Positions 12,539-25,928 of a stretch of DNA of 64,000 nt are shown piece by piece. This stretch comes from Tubiluchus corallicola (Eukaryota > Animalia > Priapulida). Location of the stretch: contig JAQGDQ010000529.1 in NCBI GenBank assembly GCA_030141605.1, positions 51,578 to 115,577 on the forward strand, written 5' to 3'. Positions within the stretch are counted from its first letter, which is position 1. Each line of letters starts with the position of its first letter. Made by a program: the position numbers and the translations under genes. The notes under the pieces were generated by a model that saw only the letters and a list, made by a program, of their open reading frames with translations, made no database searches and had not been told where the DNA came from.

Positions 12539-13198
12539 TATATAAAGATTGATGACATCCCTGGCACATTGTGATTAATTTAGAGTTTGTTGGAATGCTT
12601 GTAAATCAAGAGTCTTGTAAACTTCGTCTAAATGCAAGCGTGCGAATTTCAGATAATAGATTGTTTGAATTTTCAAGGAAAACTTATTTGAACAATCATA
12701 CATTTGACCTTGGGATATTTCCTTTCACATTCATCAAGTTATGGCACACCCACGCTCTTCCAAATTTAGATAGTTATTAACATTCTAACTGGCAATATCC
12801 AGCAGCACATTATCCTCGTTATGAATCATACTCATGTATTTCATCTCGTCTTAATTAACATCACTTGGCATCTCGGCCTTTTTAACAAGGTTTTTTATGT
12901 TTATTTTGCTCTGCTTAATATTATGTTACGTGTGCTACATAAGCGTTAATCTTTTTACCTCACTAAGCATCATGGATTAGCATGGTTGAGATCACATTTG
13001 CATCTTTGTTTTCTAAGTGTGTTTTTTACTAATAATTAATCAACCTGGTGTGTAGTCTTCTAGTCCAGTCATCTGCACTCCATAGTGAATACCAAAATCT
13101 AACACATCCCACGACTTTCAAATCAGATGAGTGTATAGTTACTACTGTTTGGTATAGTCAAGGATTTGAGGTCGGTATCACGCTTAATGTGTGGCTTC

Positions 13199-13986
13199 TT
13201 TGTTGTGGTTATAGATCTTGTAGAACTTGTCAAATGGTGTTGACTTTACTACTGTGGTCTTGGACGTAGCTCCTTTGTTGTGGTTATAGATCTTGTAGAA
13301 CTTGTCAAATGGTGTTTACTTTACTACTGTGGTCTTGGACGTAGCTCCTTTGTTGTGGTTATAGATCTTGTAGAACTTGTCAAATGGTGTTTACTTTACT
13401 ACTGTGGTCTTGGACGTAGCTCCTTTGTTGTGGTTATAGGTCTTGTAGAACTTGTGAAATGGTGTTTACTTTACTACTGTGGTCTTGGACGTAGCTCCTT
13501 TGTTGTGGTTATAGGTCTTGTAGAACTTGTCAAATGGTGTTGGCTTTACTACTGTGGTCTTGGACGTAGCTCCTTTGTTGTGGTTATAGATCTTGTAGAA
13601 CTTGTCAAATGGTGTTTACTTTACTACTGTGGTCTTGGACGTAGCTCCTTTGTTGTGGTTATAGATCTTGTAGAACTTGTGAAATGGTGTTGACTTTACT
13701 ACTGTGGTCTTGGACGTAGCTCCTTTGTTGTGGTTATAGATCTTGTAGAACTTGTCAAATGGTGTTTACTTTACTACTGTGGTCTTGGACGTAGCTCCTT
13801 TGTTGTGGTTATAGATCTTGTAGAACTTGTGAAATGGTGTTTACTTTACTACTGTGGTCTTGGACGTAGCTCCTTTGTTGTGGTTATAGATCTTGTAGAA
13901 CTTGTCAAATGGTGTTTACTTTACTACTGTGGTCTTGGACGTAGCTCCTTTGTTGTGGTTATAGATCTTGTAGAACTTGTCAAATG
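13199..13986. repeat. 75-bp minisatellite in unit 2 (about 10.5 copies)
   Basis: Same unit as at 10111. Confidence 0.95.
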
Positions 13987-14739
13987 GTCATTTTTGTATG
14001 ATGTTAATTTACTAATGCATCTCTTCAATACTAAGTCTATATATGCATATGGTGTAATAATAATAAATAAAAAACTCAACAAAAAATAGTAATAATAGTT
14101 AAATCTCCGAGTTTTATTAACAAAAATATTTTATAAAGATAAAGTTGATAATCTGAAGAATTTGTAAAAAGAAAATACTATTTACTTAATATAGGCATAA
14201 GATGCTATCATCACAGTTTGCTTTTTCTGAATTCTAACAGCACAGTGCAATATTTGTCGTGTCAACTCTAGTCAGTTTTACCAGATAATTTCTACCTTAG
14301 CACTCGAGTTGTTATGTGCGTCAGCTGGTGTGAGAAATGAGTGTTTCTCAATGACTAGATAACTCCTAAGTTCTAGTGGGAATTTGCTTGCTTAGTGGTA
14401 AATTAATGTAAAAAATAACAACATGCGAATGCAGCAAATTACTAGTACAAGGTTCTGATTTGAAGATTCCCTATTTTTGCACAGTGAGCGTTGACTGTTG
14501 CAAGATGCAATTATATAGCTTGACTAAAACATAGCTGCCAGTTGCTAATTAGCAAGCAGCTAAAAAATTTAGGCACTTCACTAATTAACAGTGTCAGTGG
14601 ACTAATAATTCTTGACACTTGAATTCCAGTTTAAGAGCATTACTAGCTTTCTTAATTAACAGAACTGGGGATGTTTGCTGATTCGTCATCAACGAGGTTT
14701 TGTTCTCTTGTTTATTCTTGTTCATCTCTTTCTATATTT

Positions 14740-15035
14740 TCACCTGCTTCTTCTGCTTCCTCTCTTCGGTTTCTCTCTATCTTTTTCTGAATCCTGTTCT
14801 TTGCTTCGCTCTTCAATTTTTTGTTCTGGTTCGTCAGTTTCCACTAGCATTCCTTCCCCATCTGCCCATAATTTGCGTCGTCCTAGCAATTTTTCTGGAT
14901 CATCCTCTTCTTCCTCGCTCTCGTAATCTTCCTCATTCCAGTCTGTGCTTATTGCAGTACCGCGACGACTGCCAAGGTATGCTGCAGTGCTGGCTACCGT
15001 GCTAGCTCTTTGAGGCGTTTCCCGGACAAAATACG
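14740..15035 (-). CDS. Duplicated last exon of the Ig receptor, copy C (basic-ended)
   Basis: Essentially identical to copy D; intact acceptor. Confidence 0.5.
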
Positions 15036-16568
15036 CTAAAAGAAATATTAATAAAACCAGCTGAACAAAATGCTGTAAAACATTTGGTGTTTTATAGTGG
15101 CGGGCAATTATACCACTGATATCAGGTAATCGATATTGCCAATTACTTTTTGTCAGTAATCGATTACAGAGCTTGCCCTTTGGTATCTCATTGGAGAAGG
15201 TATTTTCCGTGAGGGTCGCTAAACAAATCAGAGCTCCCAGTGTTTGCTAAAGCTTACAGGAAGTGCAGCTATGCCAGCTTTGTAATTGAGAGCATTTATG
15301 TATGCGATTTGCCCGTGTTGAAAATTATTTCAGGCACATTTTGCATCTTTTAAATTATTACAAACTCATTAACACAAAAGTAATCATTACTATTCGATTA
15401 CTCAGCAAAGTAATCGATACCAGAGACTTGCAGGCAAGCAATTGAGGTAATCGAATACTAGGAGTTGTTGACACCCGCCACTGTTGGCAATTCTGTACTG
15501 CATTTTGTTTGTGTATACAGTATTCTGTCTGTTTCTCAGGACTTCAGTTTATATAGGTTTTACACGTCAAATGCAGACCTATGTTATGTCAAATGTAGAT
15601 TTAGGTAATTCAAATGTGTCTTGGTAACTCAAATGTAGACACATGTCAAGTCAAATGTCCTATGTCTACATTTGACTTACCTAAGTTACATTTGAGCTTT
15701 CCTATGTCTACATTTGACTTACCTAAGTCACATTTGAGTTGCCAAAGCACATTCGAAATTCCTATGTCTACATTTGACTTACCTAAGCCACATTTGAGTT
15801 TCCAAAACACATTCGAAATTCTTGTGTCTACATTTGACTTACCTAAGTCACATTTGAGTTACCAAAACACGTTTGAAATTCCTGTGTCTACATTTGACGT
15901 GTAAAACCTATATAAAGATTGATGACATCCCTGGCACATTGTGATTAATTTAGAGTTTGTTGGAATGCTTGTAAATCAAGAGTCTTGTAAACTTCGTCTA
16001 AATGCAAGCGTGCGAATTTCAGATAATAGATTGTTTGAATTTTCAAGGAAAACTTATTTGAACAATCATACATTTGACCTTGGGATATTTCCTTTCACAT
16101 TCATCAAGTTATGGCACACCCACGCTCTTCCAAATTTAGATAGTTATTAACATTCTAACTGGCAATATCCAGCAGCACATTATCCTCGTTATGAATCATA
16201 CTCATGTATTTCATCTCGTCTTAATTAACATCACTTGGCATCTCGGCCTTTTTAACAAGGTTTTTTATGTTTATGTTGCTCTGCTTAATATTATGTTACG
16301 TGTGCTACATAAGCGTTAATCTTTTTACCTCACTAAGCATCATGGATTAGCATGGTTGAGATCACCTTTGCATCTTTGTTTTCTAAGTGTGTTTTTTACT
16401 AATAATTAATCAACCTGGTGTGTAGACTTCTAGCCAAGTCATCTGCACTCCATAGTGAATACCAAAATCTAACACATCCCACGACTTTCAAATCAGATGA
16501 GTGTATAGTTCCTATTGTTTGGTATAGTCAAGGATTTGAGGTCGGTATCATGCTTAATGTGTGGCTTC

Positions 16569-17652
16569 TTTGTTGTGGTTATAGATCTTGTAGAACTTGT
16601 CAAATGGTGTTTACTTTACTACTGTGGTCTTGGACGTAGCTCCTTTGTTGTGGTTATAGATCTTGTAGAACTTGTCAAATGGTGTTGGCTTTACTACTGT
16701 GGTCTTGGACGTAGCTCCTTTGTTGTGGTTATAGATCTTGTAGAACTTGTCAAATGGTGTTTACTTTACTACTGTGGTCTTGGACGTAGCTCCTTTGTTG
16801 TGGTTATAGATCTTGTAGAACTTGTCAAATGGTGTTTACTTTACTACTGTGGTCTTGGACGTAGCTCCTTTGTTGTGGTTATAGATCTTGTAGAACTTGT
16901 CAAATGGTGTTTACTTTACTACTGTGGTCTTGGACGTAGCTCCTTTGTTGTGGTTATAGATCTTGTAGAACTTGTCAAATGGTGTTTACTTTACTACTGT
17001 GGTCTTGGACGTAGCTCCTTTGTTGTGGTTATAGATCTTGTAGAACTTGTCAAATGGTGTTTACTTTACTACTGTGGTCTTGGACGTAGCTCCTTTGTTG
17101 TGGTTATAGATCTTGTAGAACTTGTCAAATGGTGTTTACTTTACTACTGTGGTCTTGGACGTAGCTCCTTTGTTGTGGTTATAGATCTTGTAGAACTTGT
17201 CAAATGGTGTTTACTTTACTACTGTGGTCTTGGACGTAGCTCCTTTGTTGTGGTTATAGATCTTGTAGAACTTGTGAAATGGTGTTGACTTTACTACTGT
17301 GGTCTTGGACGAAGCTCCTTTGGTGTGGTTATAGATCTTGTAGAACTTGTCAAATGGTGTTGGCTTTACTACTGTGGTCTTGACGTACTCCTTTGTTTGG
17401 TTATAGTCTTGTAGAACTTGTCAAATGGTGTTTACTTTACTACTGTGGTCTTGGACGTAGCTCCTTTGTTGTGGTTATAGATCTTGTAGAACTTGTCAAA
17501 TGGTGTTTACTTTACTACTGTGGTCTTGGACGTAGCTCCTTTGTTGTGGTTATAGATCTTGTAGAACTTGTTAAATGGTGTTGGCTTTACTACTGTGGTC
17601 TTGGACGTAGCTCCTTTGTTGTGGTTATAGATCTTGTAGAACTTGTCAAATG
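16569..17652. repeat. 75-bp minisatellite in unit 3 (about 14.5 copies)
   Basis: Same unit; one monomer near 17380-17410 has several small deletions. Confidence 0.95.
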
Positions 17653-18405
17653 GTCATTTTTGTATGATGTTAATTTACTAATGCATCTCTTCAATACTAA
17701 GTCTATATATGCATATGGTGTAATAATAATAAATAAAAAACTCAACAAAAAATAGTAATAATAGTTAAATCTCCGAGTTTTATTAACAAAAATATTTTAT
17801 AAAGATAAAGTTGATAATCTGAAGAATTTGTAAAAAGAAAATACTATTTACTTAATATAGGCATAAGATGCTATCATCACAGTTTGCTTTTTCTGAATTC
17901 TAACAGCACAGTGCAATATTTGTCGTGTCAACTTTAGACAGTTTAACCAGATAATTTCTACCTTAGCACTCGAGTTGTTGTGTGCGTCAGCTGACGTGAG
18001 AAATGAGTGTTTCTCAATGACTAGATAACTCCTAAGTTCTAGTGGGAATTTGCTTGCTTAGTGGTAAATTAATGTAAAAAATAACAACATGCGAATGCAG
18101 CAAATTACTAGTACAAGGTTCTGATTTGAAGATTCCCTATTTTTGCACAGTGAGCTTTGACTGTTGCAAGATGCAATTATATAGCTTGACTAAAACATAG
18201 CTGCCAGTTGCTAATTAGCAAGCAGCTAAAAAATTTAGGCACTTCACTAATTAACAGTGTCAGTGGACTAATAATTCTTGACACTTGAATTCCAGTGGAA
18301 GAGCATTACTAGCTTTCTTGATTAACAGAACTGGAGATGTTTGCTGATTCGTCATCAACGAGGTTTTGTTCTCTTGTTTATTCTTGTTCATCTTTTTCTA
18401 TATTT

Positions 18406-18701
18406 TCACCTGCTTCTTCTGCTTCCTCTCTTCGGTTTCTCTCTATCTTTTTCTGAATCCTGTTCTTTGCTTCGCTCTTCAATTTTTTGTTCTGGTTCGT
18501 CAGTTTCCACTAGCATTCCTTCCCCATCTGCCCATAATTTGCGTCGTCCTAGCAATTTTTCTGGATCATCCTCTTCTTCCTCGCTCTCGTAATCTTCCTC
18601 ATTCCAGTCTGTGCTTATTGCAGTACCGCGACGACTGCCAAGGTATGCTGCAGTGCTGGCTACCGTGCTAGCTCTTTGAGGCGTTTCCCGGACAAAATAC
18701 G
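18406..18701 (-). CDS. Duplicated last exon of the Ig receptor, copy B (basic-ended)
   Basis: Essentially identical to copies C and D; intact acceptor. Confidence 0.5.
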
Positions 18702-20234
18702 CTAAAAGAAATATTAATAAAACCAGCTGAACAAAATGCTGTAAAACATTTGGTGTTTTATAGTGGCGGGCAATTATACCACTGATATCAGGTAATCGAT
18801 ATTGCCAATTACTTTTTGTCAGTAATCGATTACAGAGCTTGCCCTTTGGTATCTCATTGGAGAAGGTATTTTCCGTGAGGGTCGCTAAACAAATCAGAGC
18901 TCCCAGTGTTTGCTAAAGCTTACAGGAAGTGCAGCTATGCCAGCTTTGTAATTGAGAGCATTTATGTATGCGATTTGCCCGTGTTGAAAATTATTTCAGG
19001 CACATTTTGCATCTTTTAAATTATTACAAACTCATTAACACAAAAGTAATCATTACTATTCGATTACTCAGCAAAGTAATCGATACCAGAGACTTGCAGG
19101 CAAGCAATTGAGGTAATCGAATACTAGGAGTCGTTGACACCCGCCGCTGTTGGCAATTCTGTACTGCATTTTGTTTGTGCGTGCAGTATTCTGTCTGTTT
19201 CTCAGGACTTCAGTTTATATAAGTTTTACACGTCAAATGCAGACCTATGTTATGTCAAATGTAGATTTAGGTAATTCAAATGTGTCTTGGTAACTCAAAT
19301 GTAGACACATGTCAAGTCAAATGTCCTATGTCTACATTTGACTTACCTAAGTTACATTTGAGCTTTCCTATGTCTACATTTGACTTACCTAAGTCACATT
19401 TGAGTTGCCAAAGCACATTCGAAATTCCTATGTCTACATTTGACTTACCTAAGTCACATTTGAGTTTCCAAAACACATTCGAAATTCTTGTGTCTACATT
19501 TGACTTACCTAAGTCACATTTGAGTTACCAAAACACGTTTGAAATTCCTGTGTCTACATTTGACGTGTAAAACCTATATAAAGATTGATGACATCCCTGG
19601 CACATTGTGATTAATTTAGAGTTTGTTGGAATGCTTGTAAATCAAGAGTCTTGTAAACTTCGTCTAAATGCAAGCGTGCGAATTTCAGATAATAGATTGT
19701 TTGAATTTTCAAGGAAAACTTATTTGAACAATCATACATTTGACCTTGGGATATTTCCTTTCACATTCATCAAGTTATGGCACACCCACGCTCTTCCAAA
19801 TTTAGATAGTTATTAACATTCTAACTGGCAATATCCAGCAGCACATTATCCTCGTTATGAATCATACTCATGTATTTCATCTCGTCTTAATTAACATCAC
19901 TTGGCATCTCGTCCTTTTTAACAAGGTTTTTTATGTTTATGTTGCTCTGCTTAATATTATGTTACGTGTGCTACATAAGCGTTAATCTTTTTACCTCACT
20001 AAGCATCATGGATTAGCATGGTTGAGATCACCTTTGCATCTTTGTTTTCTAAGTGTGTTTTTTACTAATAATTAATCAACCTGGTGTGTAGTCTTCTAGT
20101 CCAGTCATCTGCACTCCATAGTGAATACCAAAATCTAACACATCCCACGACTTTCAAATCAGATGAGTGTATAGTTACTATTGTTTGGTATAGTCAAGGA
20201 TTTGAGGTCGGTATCATGCTTAATGTGTGGCTTC

Positions 20235-21472
20235 TTTGTTGTGGTTATAGATCTTGTACAACTTGTCAAATGGTGTTTACTTTACTACTGTGGTCTTGGA
20301 CGTAGCTCCTTTGTTGTGGTTATAGATCTTGTAGAACTTGTCAAATGGTGTTGGCCTTACTACTGTGGTCTTGGACGTAGCTCCTTTGTTGTGGTTATAG
20401 ATCTTGTAGAACTTGTCAAATGGTGTTTACTTTACTACTGTGGTCTTGGACGTAGCTCCTTTGTTGTGGTTATAGATCTTGTAGAACTTGTCAAATGGTG
20501 TTTACTTTACTACTGTGGTCTTGGACGTAGCTCCTTTGTTGTGGTTATAGATCTTGTAGAACTTGTCAAATGGTGTTTACTTTACTACTGTGGTCTTGGA
20601 CGTAGCTCCTTTGTTGTGGTTATAGATCTTGTAGAACTTGTCAAATGGTGTTGGCCTTACTACTGTGGTCTTGGACGTAGCTCCTTTGTTGTGGTTATAG
20701 ATCTTGTAGAACTTGTCAAATGGTGTTTACTTTACTACTGTGGTCTTGGACGTAGCTCCTTTGTTGTGGTTATAGATCTTGTAGAACTTGTCAAATGGTG
20801 TTTACTTTACTACTGTGGTCTTGGACGTAGCTCCTTTGTTGTGGTTATAGATCTTGTAGAACTTGTCAAATGGTGTTTACTTTACTACTGTGGTCTTGGA
20901 CGTAGCTTCTTTGTTGTGGTTATAGATCTTGTAGAACTTGTCAAATGGTGTTTACTTTACCACTGTGGTCTTGGACGTAGCTCCTTTGTTGTGGTTATAG
21001 ATCTTGTAGAACTTGTCAAATGGTGTTTACTTTACTACTGTGGTCTTGGACGTAGCTCCTTTGTTGTGGTTATAGATCTTGTAGAACTTGTGAAATGGTG
21101 TTGACTTTACTACTGTGGTCTTGGACGAAGCTCCTTTGGTGTGGTTATAGATCTTGTAGAACTTGTCAAATGGTGTTGGCTTTACTACTGTGGTCTTAGA
21201 CGTAACTCCTTTGTTATGGTTATAGGTCTTGTAGAACTTGTCAAATGGTGTTTACTTTACTACTGTGGTCTTGGACGTAGCTCCTTTGTTGTGGTTATAG
21301 ATCTTGTAGAACTTGTCAAATGGTGTTTACTTTACTACTGTGGTCTTGGACGTAGCTCCTTTGTTGTGGTTATAGATCTTGTAGAACTTGTCAAATGGTG
21401 TTGGCTTTACTACTGTGGTCTTGGACGTAGCTCCTTTGTTGTGGTTATAGATCTTGTAGAACTTGTCAAATG
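20235..21472. repeat. 75-bp minisatellite in unit 4 (about 16.5 copies)
   Basis: Same unit as at 10111. Confidence 0.95.
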
Positions 21473-22203
21473 GTCATTTTTGTATGATGTTAATTTACTA
21501 ATGCATCTCTTCAATACTAAGTCTATATATGCATATGGTGTAATAATAATAAATAAAAAACTCAACAAAAAATAGTAATAATAGTTAAATCTCCGAGTTT
21601 TATTAACAAAAATATTTTATAAAGATAAAGTTGATAATCTGAAGAATTTGTTAAAAAAATACTATTTACTTAATATAGGCATAAGATGCTATAATGCCGT
21701 CATCACAGTTTGCTTTTTCTGAATTCTAAAAGCACAGTGCAATATTTGTCGTGTCAACTTTAGACAGTTTAACCAGATAATTTCTACCTTAGCACTCGAG
21801 TTGTTGTGTGCGTCAGCTGACGTGAGAAATGAGTGTTTCTCAATGACTAGATAACTCCTAAGTTCTAGTGGGAATTTGCTTGCTTAGTGGTAAATTAATG
21901 TAAAAAATAACAACATGCGAATGCAGCAAATTACTAGTACAAGGTTCTGATTTGAAGATTCCCTATTTTTGCACAGTGAGCTTTGACTGTTGCAAGATGC
22001 AATTATATAGCTTGACTAAAACATAGCTGTCAGTTGCTAATAAGCAAGCAGCTAAAAAATTTAAGCACTTCACTAATTAACAGTGTCAGTGGACTAATAA
22101 TTCTTGACACTTGAATTCCAGTGGAAGAGCATTACTAGCTTTCTTGATTAACAGAACTGGAGATGTTTGCCGATTCGTCATCAACGAGGTTTTGTTCTCT
22201 TGT

Positions 22204-22532
22204 TTATTCTTGTTCATCTCTTTCTATATTTTCACCTACTTCTTCAGCTTCCTCTCTTCGGTTTCTTTTATCTTTTTCTGCATCCTGTTCTTTGCTTCGC
22301 TCTTCAATTTTTTGTTCTGGTTCGTCAGTTTCTACTAGCATTCTTTCCCCATCCGCCCATACTTTGCGTTGTCCTAGCAATTTTTCTGGATCATCCTCCT
22401 CTGCTTCCTCGCACTCGTAATCTTCCTCTTTCCAGTCTGTGCTTGTTGCAGTACTGCGGCGACTGAGTACAAGGTGTGCTACACTACTGGCTATCATGCT
22501 AGCTCTTTGAGTCGTTTCCGGGACAAAATACG
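22204..22532 (-). CDS. Last exon (copy A) of the fasciclin-3-like Ig receptor: acidic cytoplasmic tail (P-YFVPETTQRAS...EEDYECEEAEEDD...NIERDEQE*)
   Basis: Acceptor tgtttcttttag; phase 1 joins TM exon (C+CG=Pro); open to TAA at 22204; minus-strand AATAAA near 21600. Confidence 0.75.
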
Positions 22533-23060
22533 CTAAAAGAAACATTAATAAAACCAGCTGAACTAAATGCTATAAAACATTTGGTGTTTTATAGTGGCGG
22601 GCAATTATACCACTGATATCAGGTAATCGATATTGCCAATTACTTTTTGTCAGTAATCGATTACAGAGCTTGCCCTTTGGTATCTCATTGGAGAAGGTAT
22701 TTTCCGTGAGGGTCGCTAAACAAATCAGAGCTCCCAGTGTTTGCTTAAGCTTACAGGAAGTGCAGCTATGCCAGCTTTGTAATTGAGAGCATTTATGTAT
22801 GCGATTTGCCCGTGTTGAAAATTATTTCAGGCACATTTTGCATCTTTTAAATTATTACAAACTCATTAACACAAAAGTAATCATTACTATTCGATTACTC
22901 AGCAAAGTAATCGATACCAGAGACTTGTAGGCAAGCAATTGAGGTAATCGAATACTAGGAGTCGTTTACACCCGCCACTGTTGGCAATTCTGTACTGCAT
23001 TTTGTTTGTGTATACAGTATTCTGTCTGTTTCTCAGGACTTCAGCTTATATATACATATA

Positions 23061-24374
23061 TTTTTTTATTTATTAAATATATCCACAATGATCATTACAG
23101 CATTGTACATAAAAGTATTTAATAATGTATTTATTATTATGTGCACAAGATGCCAAGCCGCAAATGACCCATGGGGTACTCAAGAAGTAATTACTTGTTT
23201 AGAGTACCCCAAATGAATGTGGACTGAGTGTAATAGAAAATAGCAGTAAAGGAGTAGAAGGAAAGGCTAATAGAGAATAAAAAGAAGGAGAAAGATGTGA
23301 TGGTATCTGTATGAAGTAACATGAACTATAGAAATGTAAAAATTGACATAGCCAGCAACACAATGGATTCCGACAGGGACAGCATTGTAGTTAATCAAAT
23401 TGATTTATTCTGTATAATTAGAAAAGATTTTACTTTTGAAATTTCTTTTGAAGTTATTTATAGATAGAGAATTTTTTATGAATTCGTTTATGTTATTCCA
23501 AAGTCTAGGGCCAGTGTTACTGATGAAGTGCCTTGCCGCGTCAGTCCTGCAATACTTAATACGAAATTCGTTAAACCTTGTTGAGTAATGTCTTACGTTA
23601 ATAGATAATGGGTTTAAAAAGAAAGCGGGGAGAAGTTTGTTTGGTTTTGTAGATGTACACAGCGGTATTCAGGCTTATTAGATCATTTAGCACTAGGATA
23701 GAATAATTCTTAAAAAGATTAAGACCTACATGTTCACGCTTGTTCAAATTAGCTATCAATCTTATAAATTTACGTTGTAGAGAGTTTAGTTTAACTAGAG
23801 TTGAAGGGTAGGTGTGCCCCCAAAGTATATTACAGTAGGTTAAGTATGGCAGTACTAGACAATTATAAAGAGTGATTAGGTATTCTTTTGTAAAACAATG
23901 TTTAACTCGACTGATTAACCCGATGTTTTTAGCAACTTTAGAATGAATCATGTTTAAGTGTGGTTTCCAATCTAGGTGTTCGTTTAACATAACCCCTAGG
24001 AACTTCATTCCACTTACTTGTTCTACAGCATTACCATCAATTTTTATGATGCTGTTCATATTTATTGGTTTGTTACGAGCTCTGAATAAAATGTATTTAG
24101 TTTTAGTTGAGTTTAGTGCTAATTTATTGATTTTAAACCAGGCTGTAATTTTACTGAGTTCACTATTAATAATGTTAGTGTCAAGTAACTTGCTGTTGAT
24201 CTTGAAAAAAATACTTGTGTCATCAGCAAATTGGAAGACCTTTCCATTGTCAGTAATACAGTTTTGTAAGTCATTAATGTATATTAAAAACAACAGAGGT
24301 CCCAAAATAGATCCCTGGAGTACTCCGTGTGTGACTATTGCTTCGTTGGAAAGAACATTGTTACATCTGTCTAC
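23061..24374 (-). mobile_element. 5'-truncated CR1/L2-group LINE (RT C-terminal half plus 3' UTR)
   Basis: ORF 23598-24380 has GVLQGSILGPLLFLIYINDL, QFADDT and KFLGV motifs; 9-bp TSD atacatata at 23052-23060 and 24375-24383. Confidence 0.92.
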
Positions 24375-24987
24375 ATACATATAAAGATTGATGACATCAC
24401 TAGCACATTGTCACCCATGTAATGTGATTAATTTAGAGTTTGTTGGAATGCTTGTAAATCAAGAGTCTTATAAAATTCATCTAAATGCAAGCGTGCGAAT
24501 TTCGAATAATAGATTGTTTGAATTTCCGAGGAAAAATTATTTAAACAATCAAATATTTGACCTTGGGATATTTCCTTTCACGATCCTAAGCTGAGCTGGA
24601 GTGATAAGTTCATGTGCACCAATGCTTTTGCTTGGACAGAACTGTAGCTTTAACTACTGCACAGTCTGCACTATTAGCTTGCACGCATGCCTAAATACGC
24701 TTCTCGATTTTTGTTAACTGAATTTGTTTTTTGCATGTTTAAATTAATTGTTTCAAAATTTTCCTATATCAAACTCTTTGATGCCAAATAACAGCGGCTA
24801 AGTATGTACAGTAAACCAGAGTTCCCAGTGAATAAGCTGGATGCTAAGATGACAGTGCAATGATTTTCTGCATAAGGCTGCAAAAACTGCAGATTATTTT
24901 TATCAGGACAATGTTGACACATTACCGAGCTTTTTTGCCTGCCCAAACAAGCGGGTGGCATTCAGCATATGATCAATATATCATATA

Positions 24988-25587
24988 GCGTATTTTCCCA
25001 TGTATAAGAGACCCTTGTGTATAAGAGACCCCTTCAATTTTTAGGCAAAAATTCTGGAAAAAAAAGTTTTTTGGTAATGAATAACTTTATTCATCATAGA
25101 AATCATTAAATTCCTCATCACTCTCATGAAAAGAGAAAACGAGGAGATAATGCCTGTGTCACGATGCTTGTATTGCTTACAACCGCTTCATAGTCGAACG
25201 CGACACGCCTTGCTTAGGCTGACTCATCTCGTTGACCTCTGCCGACGTATCAATGACGTCGACGGGCATGCAGAGAGCTTATGCAGATGCGTTGTTTGGC
25301 TGCAGAACAATCGATTTCTCTCCAATACCAAAGAGACATTTAAAAAAATAATAACTTACCCGGTACATTAATTTTATCATTAGAATTTAGCCATGGAGAA
25401 GATTTATTGAAAGGAAACTATAATTATTCGAAATAAAACAGTTGTAGAGCACTTATTTCTTTAAAATCATTAGTGTCACAATTTACGCATCTTATTGAAA
25501 AGACTTACTCCCATGTATAAGAGACCCCCTATTTTTAAAGTGAAAATTCTGAGCAAAAAAGGGTCTCTTATACGCGGGAAAATACGG
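24988..25587. mobile_element. Tc1/mariner-type MITE
   Basis: TIR (g)cgtattttcccatgtataagagaccc / gggtctcttatacgcgggaaaatacgg; TA flanks; internal repeats of gtataagagaccc. Confidence 0.85.
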
Positions 25588-25928
25588 TAATTGACTAGTA
25601 CAGTCAGACTTCGATACAACATACCTTTTATAACACCAACCTCACTTAATGCCCAAATTTTTTTGCAGTTCCAAAATAGGAGGTGTAAAGAGGTTTGACT
25701 GTCATTCAAATTTTAAAAATGTTTTAAAAAGCTTCGATTATTCATGCACATCAGCAATTCAGTGGTGGTCAAATTTATTCCATAGCAAGGTATTCAGCAA
25801 AACAGCGCTTTTTGTTGTACTGAGCCGTGAGTATCAAGCCAAATATTTCATTTAATTTATGGAGCTGTCAAATCTTCCACTTGACAAAACTGGTCTGCTC
25901 ACATTTTCTGCAGCATAGACCTTACGCT

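Larger units (their letters stand above)
9671..24581. repeat. Tandem segmental macro-repeat, 4 units (9671-12763, 12764-16133, 16134-19799, 19800-24581)
   Basis: Each unit starts atttagatagttattaac and contains a 75-bp array, 3' UTR-like segment, Ig-receptor last exon, hAT-like MITE, a TA-site insertion, and a segment ending ccttgggatatttcctttcac. Confidence 0.97.

Noticed and set aside
17380-17410. Frameshifted monomer in the 75-bp array as a biological signal
   Set aside because: A cluster of single-base deletions within 30 bp looks like a long-read consensus error.
10057-21575. Long + strand ORFs of repeated VVVIDLVELVKWCLLYYCGLGRSSF as a repetitive membrane protein
   Set aside because: By-product of a 75-bp (multiple of 3) unit; broken by stop-containing monomers, with no credible start or splice context. 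The consensus monomer has stops in all three minus-strand frames.
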